The notes below the pieces were generated by a model that searched no databases, was not told the DNA's origin, and was given only the letters and a program-made list of their open reading frames with translations. From contig JBFLVH010000008.1 in the NCBI GenBank assembly GCA_040758575.1, forward strand, positions 35,624-99,623: 64,000 bases of DNA, in the 5' to 3' direction. This document shows positions 38,394 through 48,588 of this stretch, piece after piece. The position numbers and the translations under genes are program-made. The DNA comes from Bacteroidota bacterium (GTDB taxonomy: Bacteria > Bacteroidota > Bacteroidia > B-17B0 > Aurantibacillaceae). The stretch's first letter is position 1. Each line of letters begins with the position of its first letter.

Positions 38394-39739
38394 TTTTCTT
38401 TTGACTTATCAGATTTTGATTTGATGCTTTGTTCTTTTTGGGCATCAACATTGATATAAAAATCAGGTGGGAATCCATTGATTTGACGCCATATTTCATA
38501 CCATATTGGAACGGTTTTAAGTAAGGCAATACAGTTTGCTCCACCGCCTACATAAAGGTCTTTTGGCCAGGGATGGTCGGAAGTATCAGGCTCTACAAGC
38601 ACTCTATACATTCCATTTGGAGAGATAAATTTATCAATAGAATAAACTTTACCACCAAAGGTTCCATAACTTACGGAGGGCCATCCTGAAAACACGATGG
38701 CAGGCCATCCATCAAATTGAATGCGGATTTTACTTCCTTTTGCAAGTAGATTTACATCTAATGGTTTGACATACATTTCTACACCTATTTTGTAGTGTGC
38801 AGGCATTATATTCACAATAGGTTCGCCAGGATAAACTATTTCACCTACACCTGTTTTGATGGTTTTAAGAATGTAACAATCTTGCGGGGCGATGATATTA
38901 TAATTGCTTGTTCTTGTAGCATAATTAGAAGACGCCACCTGTAGTTTGAGTAATTCACTTTGAGCATCCATCAGAGCGCTTAAAGCAGAAAATTTATCTG
39001 ACTCTGCTTTGGAAATTTTTTCATTAAATTCATTTTCAATATTATGAAGTTCTACTTCTAATGAATAGTATTCATTCAAAGTGGCTTGATATTTATTAAA
39101 GGAAGCAACTTCTTTGGATTGTGCTTCTGCGAATTTTACTCTTCTGTTTTCAAGGTCGGTAGTAGATTTTAATCCTTGTTTATGAAGTTCTTCCATTCTT
39201 TCATATTGTTTTTTAGCGGCTTCTAAATTTTGAACGGCTGCTAACCACTCATTACTATCTGCAAGTAGTTTTAGTTTGGCTTGCTGAATTTTGTATAGGA
39301 TTTGTTGTCTTTTCAAATTACGAATTTTAATAAGAGCATCAATTTGAGTATTTAATGCGTTAATTTTATTTTCGTAACTGACAATGGCTTTTTCTTTGGC
39401 TTTGAGTTGTTCAGAAACTCTTTGAAGTAATTTGGGGTCAAAATAATCTGTTTTTATTTCTGCTATTTTAAGGATAGTGTCGCCTTTTTTTACGAAGTCC
39501 CCTTCTTTGTAAAACCATTTTTCAATTTTTCCTTCAATGACAGATTGAAGTGTTTGAGACCGAGATGATTGGTCTAACGAGGTAACATATCCTTTTGAGC
39601 GAAAATTTTGTGTCCATGGAAGAAATAATAAAATAAGAAGTAAATAAAAAAGCCATTTAAGAAAAGTAAAAAAAGGATTTTTTAATTTAATTTGAATCAA
39701 ATAGGATTGGAACTTTGAATAATATTTTTCTTTCTGCAT
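38390..39739 (-). CDS. HlyD-family membrane-fusion / secretion protein
   Basis: N-terminal TM helix, lipoyl-like EGDFVKKGDTILKI, long coiled coil, beta-barrel C-terminus. 449 aa. Confidence 0.8.
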   Translation of the reverse strand: MQKEKYYSKFQSYLIQIKLKNPFFTFLKWLFYLLLILLFLPWTQNFRSKGYVTSLDQSSRSQTLQSVIEGKIEKWFYKEGDFVKKGDTILKIAEIKTDYFDPKLLQRVSEQLKAKEKAIVSYENKINALNTQIDALIKIRNLKRQQILYKIQQAKLKLLADSNEWLAAVQNLEAAKKQYERMEELHKQGLKSTTDLENRRVKFAEAQSKEVASFNKYQATLNEYYSLEVELHNIENEFNEKISKAESDKFSALSALMDAQSELLKLQVASSNYATRTSNYNIIAPQDCYILKTIKTGVGEIVYPGEPIVNIMPAHYKIGVEMYVKPLDVNLLAKGSKIRIQFDGWPAIVFSGWPSVSYGTFGGKVYSIDKFISPNGMYRVLVEPDTSDHPWPKDLYVGGGANCIALLKTVPIWYEIWRQINGFPPDFYINVDAQKEQSIKSKSDKSKEK

Positions 39740-39756
39740 TGTTAGAATATGTTTTT

Positions 39757-41451
39757 TTAGTATGGATAATTTCCTATATCATCATAATATTTAAGTTTTC
39801 CTTCTTTTAATAGAAGGATTTTATTAAAATAATTTTTATATTTTGTATCGGAGGCGCTTACTATTGTTGTCCATCCATATTGTTTGGTATTACAGATAAT
39901 ATCCAATAAAACAGGGACATCTTTTTCATAAATATCATTAAATATATTTTCAAAAATAATTAATTTGGGTTTTGTAACAATTGCCCTTAAAAATAATATT
40001 TTTGCAATGAATGATTTAGAATAGTTGTGTCCATAAGTCAGCATTTCTGTTTCATATTTATCAGGTAAATTATTGATGGTTTTATCCAGACCAATTTTTG
40101 ATGAAATGCTAATTAAAAAATCATAGTCATAATTTCTTCCAAGATGAATATTTTCAAGTATTGTTCCTTTGAAAATTATATCGCTATCTAAATAAGTTCC
40201 AATATTAAATCTCAATGCGTTTATATCATAAAGATAAATATCCTTATCATTAATAAAAATATCCCCTTTTGTAGGGAAGAGCAAAGTAGCAAATATTTTT
40301 TGCAAAGTTGTCTTGCCTGAATAACTTTCTCCAACTAATAAAACATTTTCAAATTCATTGATTTGTAAGTTAATATCATCTAAAATATTTTTATCAGAAT
40401 CAGGATAACGAAAGGATACATTTTTTAATTCAATTTTTATATAAGGTAAATCTTTAATTTTTTCTTGCAATAATTGTGGCAATGTTTCTTCTTTTAAATC
40501 TAATACTTCATGAATTTTTGCAAGTGAAACAATCATATCGTAAATGGTTCTAATCAAAAAGACCATTTTATCAAAAGAATTGACAAGTATAGAAATGACA
40601 ATTTCAGAAGCAACAAATTCTCCAATGTTCATTTGTTGTTCAATAACAAGAATGCTTCCAACAATTACAAAGAACATTATAGTGATAAATTTTACTATGT
40701 TTAATAAAATAAATTGTTTTTCAAGTGTGAAATAATGTTTGTTTCTATAATAATAGTAATTTTTGATAATGTTATCTAATTTTTGAAAATGCAATTCTGT
40801 AATTCCTGCTAATTTTAAGGAGGCAGAAGCGCTACCTGTCTCTTCAATCCAATAAGCAGTATCGTATTTATATTTTGAGTATTGAATTCCACTTTCCAAC
40901 CCTTTGTTGAATGTCCATTTAACACCAAAATAAATTACAACAAATAAAATTAAAATTAAAATAATAAATATCGGATGATAAAAACTTAATAATAGCATAG
41001 ATAAAATAATGATGATAGATGAAAAAGAAAAGTCAATAAGAATTTTTTGAACAATCTTTTGAAGAGTAACTACATCAAAAAAACGATTAGCAAGGTCTCT
41101 GGAATTTTGATAAATCATTTCAAGGTAGTGAAGGGCAGGGAATTTTTGAATGAACTTGAAAGAGAAATCAGCAAATATTTTTTGTTCAATAAACTCAATA
41201 ATTCTTAATTGATATATTTGAACAATGGCTGAAAAAATAATACTTATTGCTAACATAAACATAATTAGTACCAAAGAAACAGAATATGCCGCTCCTTGTA
41301 TAAAGTTAATAAGCAATTGAATACTAATAGGAAAAATCAAAGAAAAGAAAGACATTATTAAACCTAATGCATATATTTGTAATATTTCTTTTTTGTATTC
41401 ATTGAGTAATTGCAAAAAGTGATGCCAAATATTTTTTGTGTTATTTGCCAT
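39757..41451 (-). CDS. ABC exporter half-transporter (TMD-NBD) with a degenerate nucleotide-binding domain
   Basis: 564 aa with a 6-TM ABC_membrane-like N-half. Walker A GESYSGKTT is present. Signature is YSKSF (for LSGGQ), Walker B is LIIFEN (for hhhhDE), the H-loop His is absent (VSASD) and the Q-loop Gln is absent (YLDSD). No C39 domain. Confidence 0.75.
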   Translation of the reverse strand: MANNTKNIWHHFLQLLNEYKKEILQIYALGLIMSFFSLIFPISIQLLINFIQGAAYSVSLVLIMFMLAISIIFSAIVQIYQLRIIEFIEQKIFADFSFKFIQKFPALHYLEMIYQNSRDLANRFFDVVTLQKIVQKILIDFSFSSIIIILSMLLLSFYHPIFIILILILFVVIYFGVKWTFNKGLESGIQYSKYKYDTAYWIEETGSASASLKLAGITELHFQKLDNIIKNYYYYRNKHYFTLEKQFILLNIVKFITIMFFVIVGSILVIEQQMNIGEFVASEIVISILVNSFDKMVFLIRTIYDMIVSLAKIHEVLDLKEETLPQLLQEKIKDLPYIKIELKNVSFRYPDSDKNILDDINLQINEFENVLLVGESYSGKTTLQKIFATLLFPTKGDIFINDKDIYLYDINALRFNIGTYLDSDIIFKGTILENIHLGRNYDYDFLISISSKIGLDKTINNLPDKYETEMLTYGHNYSKSFIAKILFLRAIVTKPKLIIFENIFNDIYEKDVPVLLDIICNTKQYGWTTIVSASDTKYKNYFNKILLLKEGKLKYYDDIGNYPY

Positions 41452-41530
41452 AAAATATTCTGTTTGGGCAAATAAAAGGAAAATTTATTTAGATTTAATT
41501 TAAATTACAAGGTATGATATAAAAATCCCA

Positions 41531-42889
41531 TCACCTTATCATCCATCTTATTATTTCCTTCCATGTGGCTTTTTTACCATACATTAAAATGCCTGTGCGA
41601 TAAATTTTGGCTGAAAGTTGAGTCATTACAAGAAATGATAAATATAATAATACCAGAGAAATCAATACTTCCCAAAACGGCACGCCAAAGGGCAAACGAG
41701 CCATCATTACAATGGGTGAAGTGAAAGGAATAAAAGACGCCCAATAAGAAAGCGAAGTATCAGGATTAGAAATCATTTTAGCAGCAATGAAATATCCTAC
41801 CATTAAAAGCAGTGTTACTGGCAATGTGAATTGTTGTGCATCTGTTTCTGTATCTGCTGCACTGCCTAATGCTGCCAATATAGCACTATAAAATAAGTAT
41901 CCACCTACAAAATATAACACAAAGCATATTGCTATTTCAAAAAAATTTAATTTATCAATTTGTTTTAATAATTCAAATGCCTGCAATTCTCCCTGAAAAT
42001 TTTCTAATTGATTCCAGTTGGCTTCCACACCTTTTTCATATACTTCTTTTTGTTGTTTTAAGTATTTCTGATAATCTTCTCTTACACCACTCATCAAGGT
42101 TACAGAGACAATAGTCACCAATATAAAAGTCATAATTCCCATAACTATAAACTGCCCTATGCCTAATACAGCAATGCCAAGAATTTTTCCCATTAATAAT
42201 TGAAATGGACGAATAGAGGATACAATTACTTCTACTACTCTGTTATTTTTTTCTTCTATCACACTTTTGAACAGCATCATTCCATACATTGTAATGAACA
42301 TAAACATTAGCAAGGCAGATAAAAAACCAAAAATACTCATAAATGCTGTGATTTGCTCTGAATGCTCTCCTTTTTCATTAACCTTTTCAGTTATTATTCT
42401 CACATTTTGTCGGGCACTATTTATAGTTTGTGGATTAATATTATTAGCCAATAATTTATGTTCAAATAATAATTTTTCCATTTGCGACTTAATCATTGTT
42501 TGAAAAGCCAATCCCGGTGTTTTTTTGTAAAATAATTTTACTGTGCCACCTGCTCCATCTATTATATTATGTGGAATGTATAACAGCACATCTACATCTT
42601 CACGATTGAGTTTATCCAAACATTTTTCTAATGAATTATTTGAATATAAAAATGTGATGTAATTATTCCCCAAAAGTTTTCCAACAAAAAATTGCGACTC
42701 ATCTGCTACCAATACATTGTATTCAGTTTCTTCTTCAGTACTTAACCAAAACATTAATGCAACAAAACCTGCAATAATAAAGGGTGTTAAGAAAGTCATT
42801 AAAATAAAAATTTTGTTGCTGATTTTTCTTTTTATTTCAAATGCAATGACAAGAAAAATTTTTTTCATATTAATATATATTTGTTGCAC
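41531..42889 (-). CDS. ABC-2 type transporter permease (NatB/YhaP-like)
   Basis: 452 aa. One N-terminal TM helix, a large extracytoplasmic loop, then 5 C-terminal TM helices. No cognate ATPase gene adjacent. Confidence 0.65.
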   Translation of the reverse strand: MQQIYINMKKIFLVIAFEIKRKISNKIFILMTFLTPFIIAGFVALMFWLSTEEETEYNVLVADESQFFVGKLLGNNYITFLYSNNSLEKCLDKLNREDVDVLLYIPHNIIDGAGGTVKLFYKKTPGLAFQTMIKSQMEKLLFEHKLLANNINPQTINSARQNVRIITEKVNEKGEHSEQITAFMSIFGFLSALLMFMFITMYGMMLFKSVIEEKNNRVVEVIVSSIRPFQLLMGKILGIAVLGIGQFIVMGIMTFILVTIVSVTLMSGVREDYQKYLKQQKEVYEKGVEANWNQLENFQGELQAFELLKQIDKLNFFEIAICFVLYFVGGYLFYSAILAALGSAADTETDAQQFTLPVTLLLMVGYFIAAKMISNPDTSLSYWASFIPFTSPIVMMARLPFGVPFWEVLISLVLLYLSFLVMTQLSAKIYRTGILMYGKKATWKEIIRWMIR

Positions 42890-42917
42890 AAATTTAATAA
42901 TTAGATTGGAGTTGTAT

Positions 42918-44744
42918 TTACATATTACTTTGATTTTTCAACGATTGGTCAAAATACTCTCTAATACATTGTGCTTTTTTAGTGCCTACTACTTTTGCTA
43001 ACTCGTGAATAGATTGTTTTTTGATTTGTTCTATTGAGCCAAAATGTTTTAATAATTGTGTTGCTAATTTTTCACCTATTCCTTTAATATTAAGTAGTTC
43101 AGTTTGCAACACAGATTTGGTTCTTCTTTTTCTATGATGTGTAATTCCAAAGCGATGCACTTCATCACGAATGTGTTGAATAACTTTTAATGTTGGGCTT
43201 CTCTTATCTAAATATAATGGCAATGGGTCATCTGGAAAAAATATTTCTTCTAATCTTTTAGCAATTGAAATGATGTGTATTTTGTCTTTTAGTCCTAATT
43301 TTTCTAATGATTCAAGAGCAGCATTGAGTTGTCCTTTTCCTCCATCAATTACAATTAAATCAGGCAGTGGTAAATTTTCATCTAAAACTCTTTTGTATCT
43401 TCTGTAAATCACTTCCCGCATTGTAGCAAAATCATCGGGCTTGCCTTCTTCAACAGTTTTTACATTAAAATGTCTGTATTCACTTTTGGCAGGTTTCCCG
43501 TCTATAAATACAGCCATAGCACTTACTGCATAAGCCCCTTGAATATTGGAATTGTCAAATGCTTCAATTCTTCGGGGCTCTTTATTCATTCGCAAGTCCC
43601 TCATCATTTGCTGCATTAGTTGATTAGTGTATTGTTCGGGGTCTTTAATTGCTAATTGCTTTTCTTTTTCAGATGCGTATTGTTCTAAATTTTTTTCTAA
43701 CAAATCTAAAAGTTTTTTCTTATCGCCTGCCTTTGGAACAGTGTATTTCACATTAGGTATTTGAAACGAAACATTAACAGGGACAATAATCTCACTTGCA
43801 TTACTTGAAAATTTATCCCTTAATTGAGAAATAACAGTAGATAAAATTTCGTCTGTGTCTTCATCAGCAAAAGTAGAAGTATCAGAAATGAATGTTTGAA
43901 TAATAAAACCATTTTTAATTCTCAAATAACCAATGTAAGTTTTTTGATTATATTGATAAATATCATAAACCTCGGCATCTTTTACATCTGAAACAACCTG
44001 CGATTTAGCTTGATATTTTTTTAATGCTTCAATTTTATCTTTAATAATTTGTGCTTGTTCAAATTGTAATTTTTGAACATATTCTTGTTTTTGTTGTTCT
44101 AAATATTCAAACACATCTTTGAGTTGTCCTTTGATAATTTTTTTGATTTGCTGAATGTTTTGATTGTATTCTTCTTCTGTTTGATAACCAACGCAAGGGG
44201 CTTTACATTTACCAATGTGATAATCCAAGCACGGACGAAATTTTTTCTTTTGAATATTTTCATCGGATAATAAATAATTGCAGGTGCGAAGGGGAAAAAT
44301 TTCTTTGATGGTTTCAATTAAAAATCTTACAGCAAGCACTGATGGATATGGTCCATAATATTCAAAGGTTGGAATATTTTTTTTTCGGGTATAAAACACT
44401 TTTGGAAATCGTTCTTTGGTAATAACAATCCAGGGATATGTTTTATCATCTTTAAGTTGAATGTTATATTTAGGTTGAAGTGATTTAATGAGCGTGTTTT
44501 CTAAAATCAGAGCATCGTATTCTGTGGGAACAGTAATGGTTTCAATGTGTTTAATTTTTTTGACTAATAATTTCAATCTCAAACTATCGTGCTCTTTTTG
44601 AAAATAAGAACTTACTCTTTTTTTTAGATTCTTGGCTTTTCCAATGTAGAGCAATGTATTTTTATCATCGTAAAATTTATACACGCCTGCTGTTTCAGGA
44701 ATATTTTGAATTTGAATGTTTAAATCATCATTTATATCTTGCAT
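42918..44744 (-). CDS. uvrC: Excinuclease ABC subunit C
   Basis: 608 aa. GIY-YIG N-terminus (GVYKFYD...LYIGKAKNLKKR), UVR domain, C-terminal HhH. Confidence 0.95.
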   Translation of the reverse strand: MQDINDDLNIQIQNIPETAGVYKFYDDKNTLLYIGKAKNLKKRVSSYFQKEHDSLRLKLLVKKIKHIETITVPTEYDALILENTLIKSLQPKYNIQLKDDKTYPWIVITKERFPKVFYTRKKNIPTFEYYGPYPSVLAVRFLIETIKEIFPLRTCNYLLSDENIQKKKFRPCLDYHIGKCKAPCVGYQTEEEYNQNIQQIKKIIKGQLKDVFEYLEQQKQEYVQKLQFEQAQIIKDKIEALKKYQAKSQVVSDVKDAEVYDIYQYNQKTYIGYLRIKNGFIIQTFISDTSTFADEDTDEILSTVISQLRDKFSSNASEIIVPVNVSFQIPNVKYTVPKAGDKKKLLDLLEKNLEQYASEKEKQLAIKDPEQYTNQLMQQMMRDLRMNKEPRRIEAFDNSNIQGAYAVSAMAVFIDGKPAKSEYRHFNVKTVEEGKPDDFATMREVIYRRYKRVLDENLPLPDLIVIDGGKGQLNAALESLEKLGLKDKIHIISIAKRLEEIFFPDDPLPLYLDKRSPTLKVIQHIRDEVHRFGITHHRKRRTKSVLQTELLNIKGIGEKLATQLLKHFGSIEQIKKQSIHELAKVVGTKKAQCIREYFDQSLKNQSNM

Positions 44745-44747
44745 AAT

Positions 44748-45452
44748 TCAATACATATATGAACGCAAATCTAATGGATATTCTACTCTCGGCGATTTTT
44801 GTTTAAACTTATTTAATTTATTGGCAAATTTTGTTACATAAATATCATACTTGTTGATATTCATTCCATTTACATAGTATGGGAAAGGATGTTTTAATTG
44901 TATACCGTATTTATTTTTTACAATAATAGCCACTTCCTTACTGGTAGGTCCGCTTTCTGATACTTTGGTAGCAAGGGAATCAGGAATGAGTCCAAGATGG
45001 CTTTCTACTAAACTACCTCTTTCTGCTATCAGATAAAATTTTTCTTTCAATTCAATATCTGGATTTCTATTGAGATTAGTATCTAAAAAAAATCCTTTGC
45101 GAAAACCTTTCAACAAACTATCAGAAGAATAATCATACATAAAATACAATTTAGAAAATTTGTAATTTCTTGCAAAGGCACTGACAATTTTTTTGTTCTC
45201 TGAGTATGTAGATAATTCAACTTCTTTGGCTGTTTTGAGTTTTTGTTGGGCTTTAAGCATCTCAATAACTTTTCTATTAGATTTTAATCTGACAATCAAA
45301 GCACCACTGTCGGCTAATTGATTGATTTGCCAATTTGCTAACAATATTCTTCTTTGACGAAATTTGTAAAATTGATAATCATTGTTGTTTTGTGAATATA
45401 TATTTGATGTGATTAGAATTAGAAGAGTTAGTAAAAATTTTAATTGATTCAT
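44748..45452 (-). CDS. Hypothetical secreted protein
   Basis: 234 aa with signal peptide MNQLKFLLTLLILITSNIYSQ. No family recognised. Confidence 0.5.
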   Translation of the reverse strand: MNQLKFLLTLLILITSNIYSQNNNDYQFYKFRQRRILLANWQINQLADSGALIVRLKSNRKVIEMLKAQQKLKTAKEVELSTYSENKKIVSAFARNYKFSKLYFMYDYSSDSLLKGFRKGFFLDTNLNRNPDIELKEKFYLIAERGSLVESHLGLIPDSLATKVSESGPTSKEVAIIVKNKYGIQLKHPFPYYVNGMNINKYDIYVTKFANKLNKFKQKSPRVEYPLDLRSYMY

Positions 45453-45461
45453 AATAAATTT

Positions 45462-46160
45462 TTAATCTTTGAAAGTATATCCAATGCCTCTAACAGATAG
45501 AAAATATCTGGGATTTTTGGGGTCGTCTTCAAATAATTTTCTGTATAACACTACAAAATTATCAATGGTTCTATATGATGCTTCTTCTGCTTTATCTGCC
45601 CAAATGGCTTCTAAAATTTGTTGTCTGGAAAGCACTTTATTTTTGTTATTAAAAAAGTATTGTAATAATGCTGCTTCTCTAACAGATAATGCAAATACTG
45701 ATTTATCGGGCAATTCAACGGTCATTGTGTTGAAATTCACTTTTCTGTTGTTGATAATTATTTCATCTGTTGCATAGTATCTTTCCAGTAATTTTTTAAT
45801 TCGCAATAAGAGTTCTTCTAAATCAAATGGTTTTGTCAAATAATCATCTGCACCTAATTTTAATCCATAAATTTTATCATCTCTATCATTTCTAACCGTC
45901 AGAAAAAAGACAGGAAAATTTTTATTTATAGATTTTATTTTTTCACATAGTTCAAAGCCATTCATTTTAGGCATACTTACATCTAACAAGGCAAGATGCA
46001 AGCGAGGTTTTTCTTTAATAAAAATGTCTAATGCTTCTTTACCATTTTTTGCAGTTATTACATTATATCCTTCTTGTTGTAAATTCAGTTCTATGATGTT
46101 TCGCAAATTTTCTTCATCATCTACTAAGAGAATATTGTATTTTGTATGAGAAGCCATCAT
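45462..46160 (-). CDS. OmpR/PhoB-family response regulator
   Basis: Receiver domain (ILLVDDE, LALLDVSMPKMNG, K in TKPF) plus a winged-helix C-terminus (VRGIGYTF). Confidence 0.85.
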   Translation of the reverse strand: MMASHTKYNILLVDDEENLRNIIELNLQQEGYNVITAKNGKEALDIFIKEKPRLHLALLDVSMPKMNGFELCEKIKSINKNFPVFFLTVRNDRDDKIYGLKLGADDYLTKPFDLEELLLRIKKLLERYYATDEIIINNRKVNFNTMTVELPDKSVFALSVREAALLQYFFNNKNKVLSRQQILEAIWADKAEEASYRTIDNFVVLYRKLFEDDPKNPRYFLSVRGIGYTFKD

Positions 46161-46169
46161 AATTTTTAG

Positions 46170-47714
46170 TTATTCTAATCCCCAATTTTGTCGGTCTAAA
46201 CTTCTGTAATGCACGGCTTCTGCAACATGATGTGCTTTAATGTTTTCGGAATTATCAAGGTCTGCAATAGTGCGAGAAACTTTTAATATTCTATCATAAG
46301 CACGGGCAGAGAGTTGTAATTTTTCCATTGCATTTTTGAGTATTTTCATTCCTGCATCATCTAATTCACAATACTTTTTAATTTCATTGCTTTTCATTTG
46401 TGCATTGCAATATACACCATCAATATTCTTAAATCGCTCTGTTTGAATATTGCGGGCTTTTATCACTCTTTCTCTTATTTGAGCACTGGTTTCTACGGGA
46501 ATGTTTCTTGCTGCTAATTCTTCAAAATTAACAGGAACTACTTCAACATGCAAATCAATTCTATCCATCAATGGTCCAGAGATTTTACTCATATATTTCT
46601 GAATCATTGCGGGTGTACAAACGCATTCTTTTTCGGGATGATTGTAATAACCGCATGGGCAGGGATTCATACTAGATACCAACATAAAGCTCGCAGGATA
46701 TTGAACGGTAAATTTTGCACGAGAAATTGTAACTACTCTATCTTCCAATGGTTGTCTTAATACTTCCAACACACTTCTTTTGAATTCGGGTAGTTCATCT
46801 AAAAATAAAACACCATTGTGAGCCAGAGAAATTTCGCCGGGTTGAGGATTGTTTCCACCGCCAACCAATGCCACATCACTGATGGTATGATGTGGAGAAC
46901 GAAAAGGGCGTTGAGTAATCAAACCAATGTTTTTTCCCATTTTACCCGCGACGCTGTGAATTTTGGTGGTTTCAAGGGCTTCTTCCAAAGTAAGCGGAGG
47001 CAGGATAGAAGGCAGTCGTTTGCTTAACATTGTTTTTCCTGCACCAGGCGGACCGATTAAGATAACATTGTGCCCACCCGCTGCGGCAATTTCCATAGCT
47101 CTTTTAATATTTTGCTGTCCTTTTACATCTGCAAAATCTAAATCATACTCATTCAATTTTTTGACAAATAATGCCTGTACATCAATTTTCAAGGGTTCTA
47201 TGGGATTATCATTATTTAAATGGTCTATTAATTGTTTTAGATGTTGAACGGGATATACTTCTAATCCATCAACAATAGCAGCTTCCGTGGCATTTTCGGC
47301 AGGTAAAAATATTTTTTTGAATCCATCTTTTTTGGCTTTGATGGCCATTGGCAAAGCACCTTTAATAGGTCGCAAAGACCCATCCAAAGCCAATTCGCCC
47401 ATAATAACACTATCTTCGGCATGTTCTATGTTAATTTGTTCTGATGCGGCCAAGATTCCAATGGCAATTGTAACATCATAAGCAGAACCTTCTTTCCGTA
47501 TATCTGCAGGTGCCATATTGATGGTAATTTGTTTGCCCGGCATTCTGTAATCAATGTTTTTTAGTGCTGCCTGAATTCTTTGCTGACTTTCTTTTACAGC
47601 ACTATCGGGCAAACCAACTAGAAAAAAATTAATACCTTGAGTAATGTTTGTTTCAACAATTATTTTAGTGGCTTCAATTCCATTAACTGCGTAACCATAA
47701 GTTTTAAACAACAT
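46170..47714 (-). CDS. comM: YifB/ComM-family Mg-chelatase-like AAA+ ATPase
   Basis: 514 aa. GPPGAGKTM Walker A, GVLFLDE Walker B, C-terminal ChlI-like region. Confidence 0.9.
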   Translation of the reverse strand: MLFKTYGYAVNGIEATKIIVETNITQGINFFLVGLPDSAVKESQQRIQAALKNIDYRMPGKQITINMAPADIRKEGSAYDVTIAIGILAASEQINIEHAEDSVIMGELALDGSLRPIKGALPMAIKAKKDGFKKIFLPAENATEAAIVDGLEVYPVQHLKQLIDHLNNDNPIEPLKIDVQALFVKKLNEYDLDFADVKGQQNIKRAMEIAAAGGHNVILIGPPGAGKTMLSKRLPSILPPLTLEEALETTKIHSVAGKMGKNIGLITQRPFRSPHHTISDVALVGGGNNPQPGEISLAHNGVLFLDELPEFKRSVLEVLRQPLEDRVVTISRAKFTVQYPASFMLVSSMNPCPCGYYNHPEKECVCTPAMIQKYMSKISGPLMDRIDLHVEVVPVNFEELAARNIPVETSAQIRERVIKARNIQTERFKNIDGVYCNAQMKSNEIKKYCELDDAGMKILKNAMEKLQLSARAYDRILKVSRTIADLDNSENIKAHHVAEAVHYRSLDRQNWGLE

Positions 47715-47805
47715 GGGCTTAAAATTTTTGATACAAAAATGCTGATTTTTTTACAATAATGTGCGATTAGAATTTTTAGTCAGTTTAAATAAGTAATAAA
47801 TTCCT

Positions 47806-47813
47806 TATTTTTG
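47806..47813 (+). promoter_or_regulatory. Bacteroidetes -7 promoter box TATTTTTG
   Basis: Exact TAnnTTTG, 6 nt upstream of the lipB ATG (47820). Confidence 0.45.
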
Positions 47814-47819
47814 TGATGT

Positions 47820-48533
47820 ATGAAAAATAAAGAGGTAATATATCAACATTTGGGAACACGAGAGTATGCTGAATGCTGGCAGTATCAGGAAAAATTGATG
47901 AAGGAAATTATTGATATAAAATTATCAAACAGAGAAAAAGAGATACCTGTTTCAACTCAAAATTATTTATTGACGGTAGAACATCCGCATGTTTATACAC
48001 TTGGTAAAAGTGGAAAAGAAAATCACTTATTAGTTTCAGATGAGTTTTTGAAATCCATCAATGCCAGTTATTTTAAGGTCAATAGAGGAGGTGATATTAC
48101 TTATCATGGATATGGGCAATTAGTTGTTTATCCTATATTAGATTTAGAAAATTTTTTTACTGATATTCATAAGTATGTTAGATATTTGGAAGAAGTTATA
48201 ATCCGAACATTGGCGGAGTATGATATAAAAGCAGAGAGAAGTAAAGGAGAAACGGGGGTATGGTTAGATGTAAATTCGCCCAATGCCCGTAAAATTTGTG
48301 CTATTGGTGTAAGAAGTAGTAGATGGGTTACAATGCATGGTCTGGCTTTTAATATTAATGTGGATTTAAGATACTTTAATTACATTGTGCCGTGTGGAAT
48401 TGTTGATAAAAAAGTAACATCTTTGAATAAAGAACTTGGATATAATGTAGATGAAAACGAAGTGAGGATGAAGGTTTTAAGACATTTTGAAGAAGTATTT
48501 GAATGTAATATTGTAGAAAAATTAAAAACTTAA
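47820..48533 (+). CDS. lipB: Lipoyl(octanoyl) transferase
   Basis: [26 protein letters not shown]. 237 aa. Confidence 0.9.
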   Translation: MKNKEVIYQHLGTREYAECWQYQEKLMKEIIDIKLSNREKEIPVSTQNYLLTVEHPHVYTLGKSGKENHLLVSDEFLKSINASYFKVNRGGDITYHGYGQLVVYPILDLENFFTDIHKYVRYLEEVIIRTLAEYDIKAERSKGETGVWLDVNSPNARKICAIGVRSSRWVTMHGLAFNINVDLRYFNYIVPCGIVDKKVTSLNKELGYNVDENEVRMKVLRHFEEVFECNIVEKLKT

Positions 48534-48566
48534 TATTGGCTTAACATTAGAAAAACGCATATTGTA

Positions 48567-48574
48567 TAAGTTTG
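48567..48574 (+). promoter_or_regulatory. Bacteroidetes -7 promoter box TAAGTTTG
   Basis: Exact TAnnTTTG, 14 nt upstream of the pstS ATG at 48589. Confidence 0.45.
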
Positions 48575-48588
48575 TGGCAAAAAAAATT

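Noticed and set aside
37029-41451. Calling the TolC-HlyD-ABC system the dedicated LanT-type exporter of the lanthipeptide
   Set aside because: It lies 29 kb away with many housekeeping genes in between, lacks a C39 peptidase domain and has a degenerate NBD. Kept only as a hypothesis in the findings.
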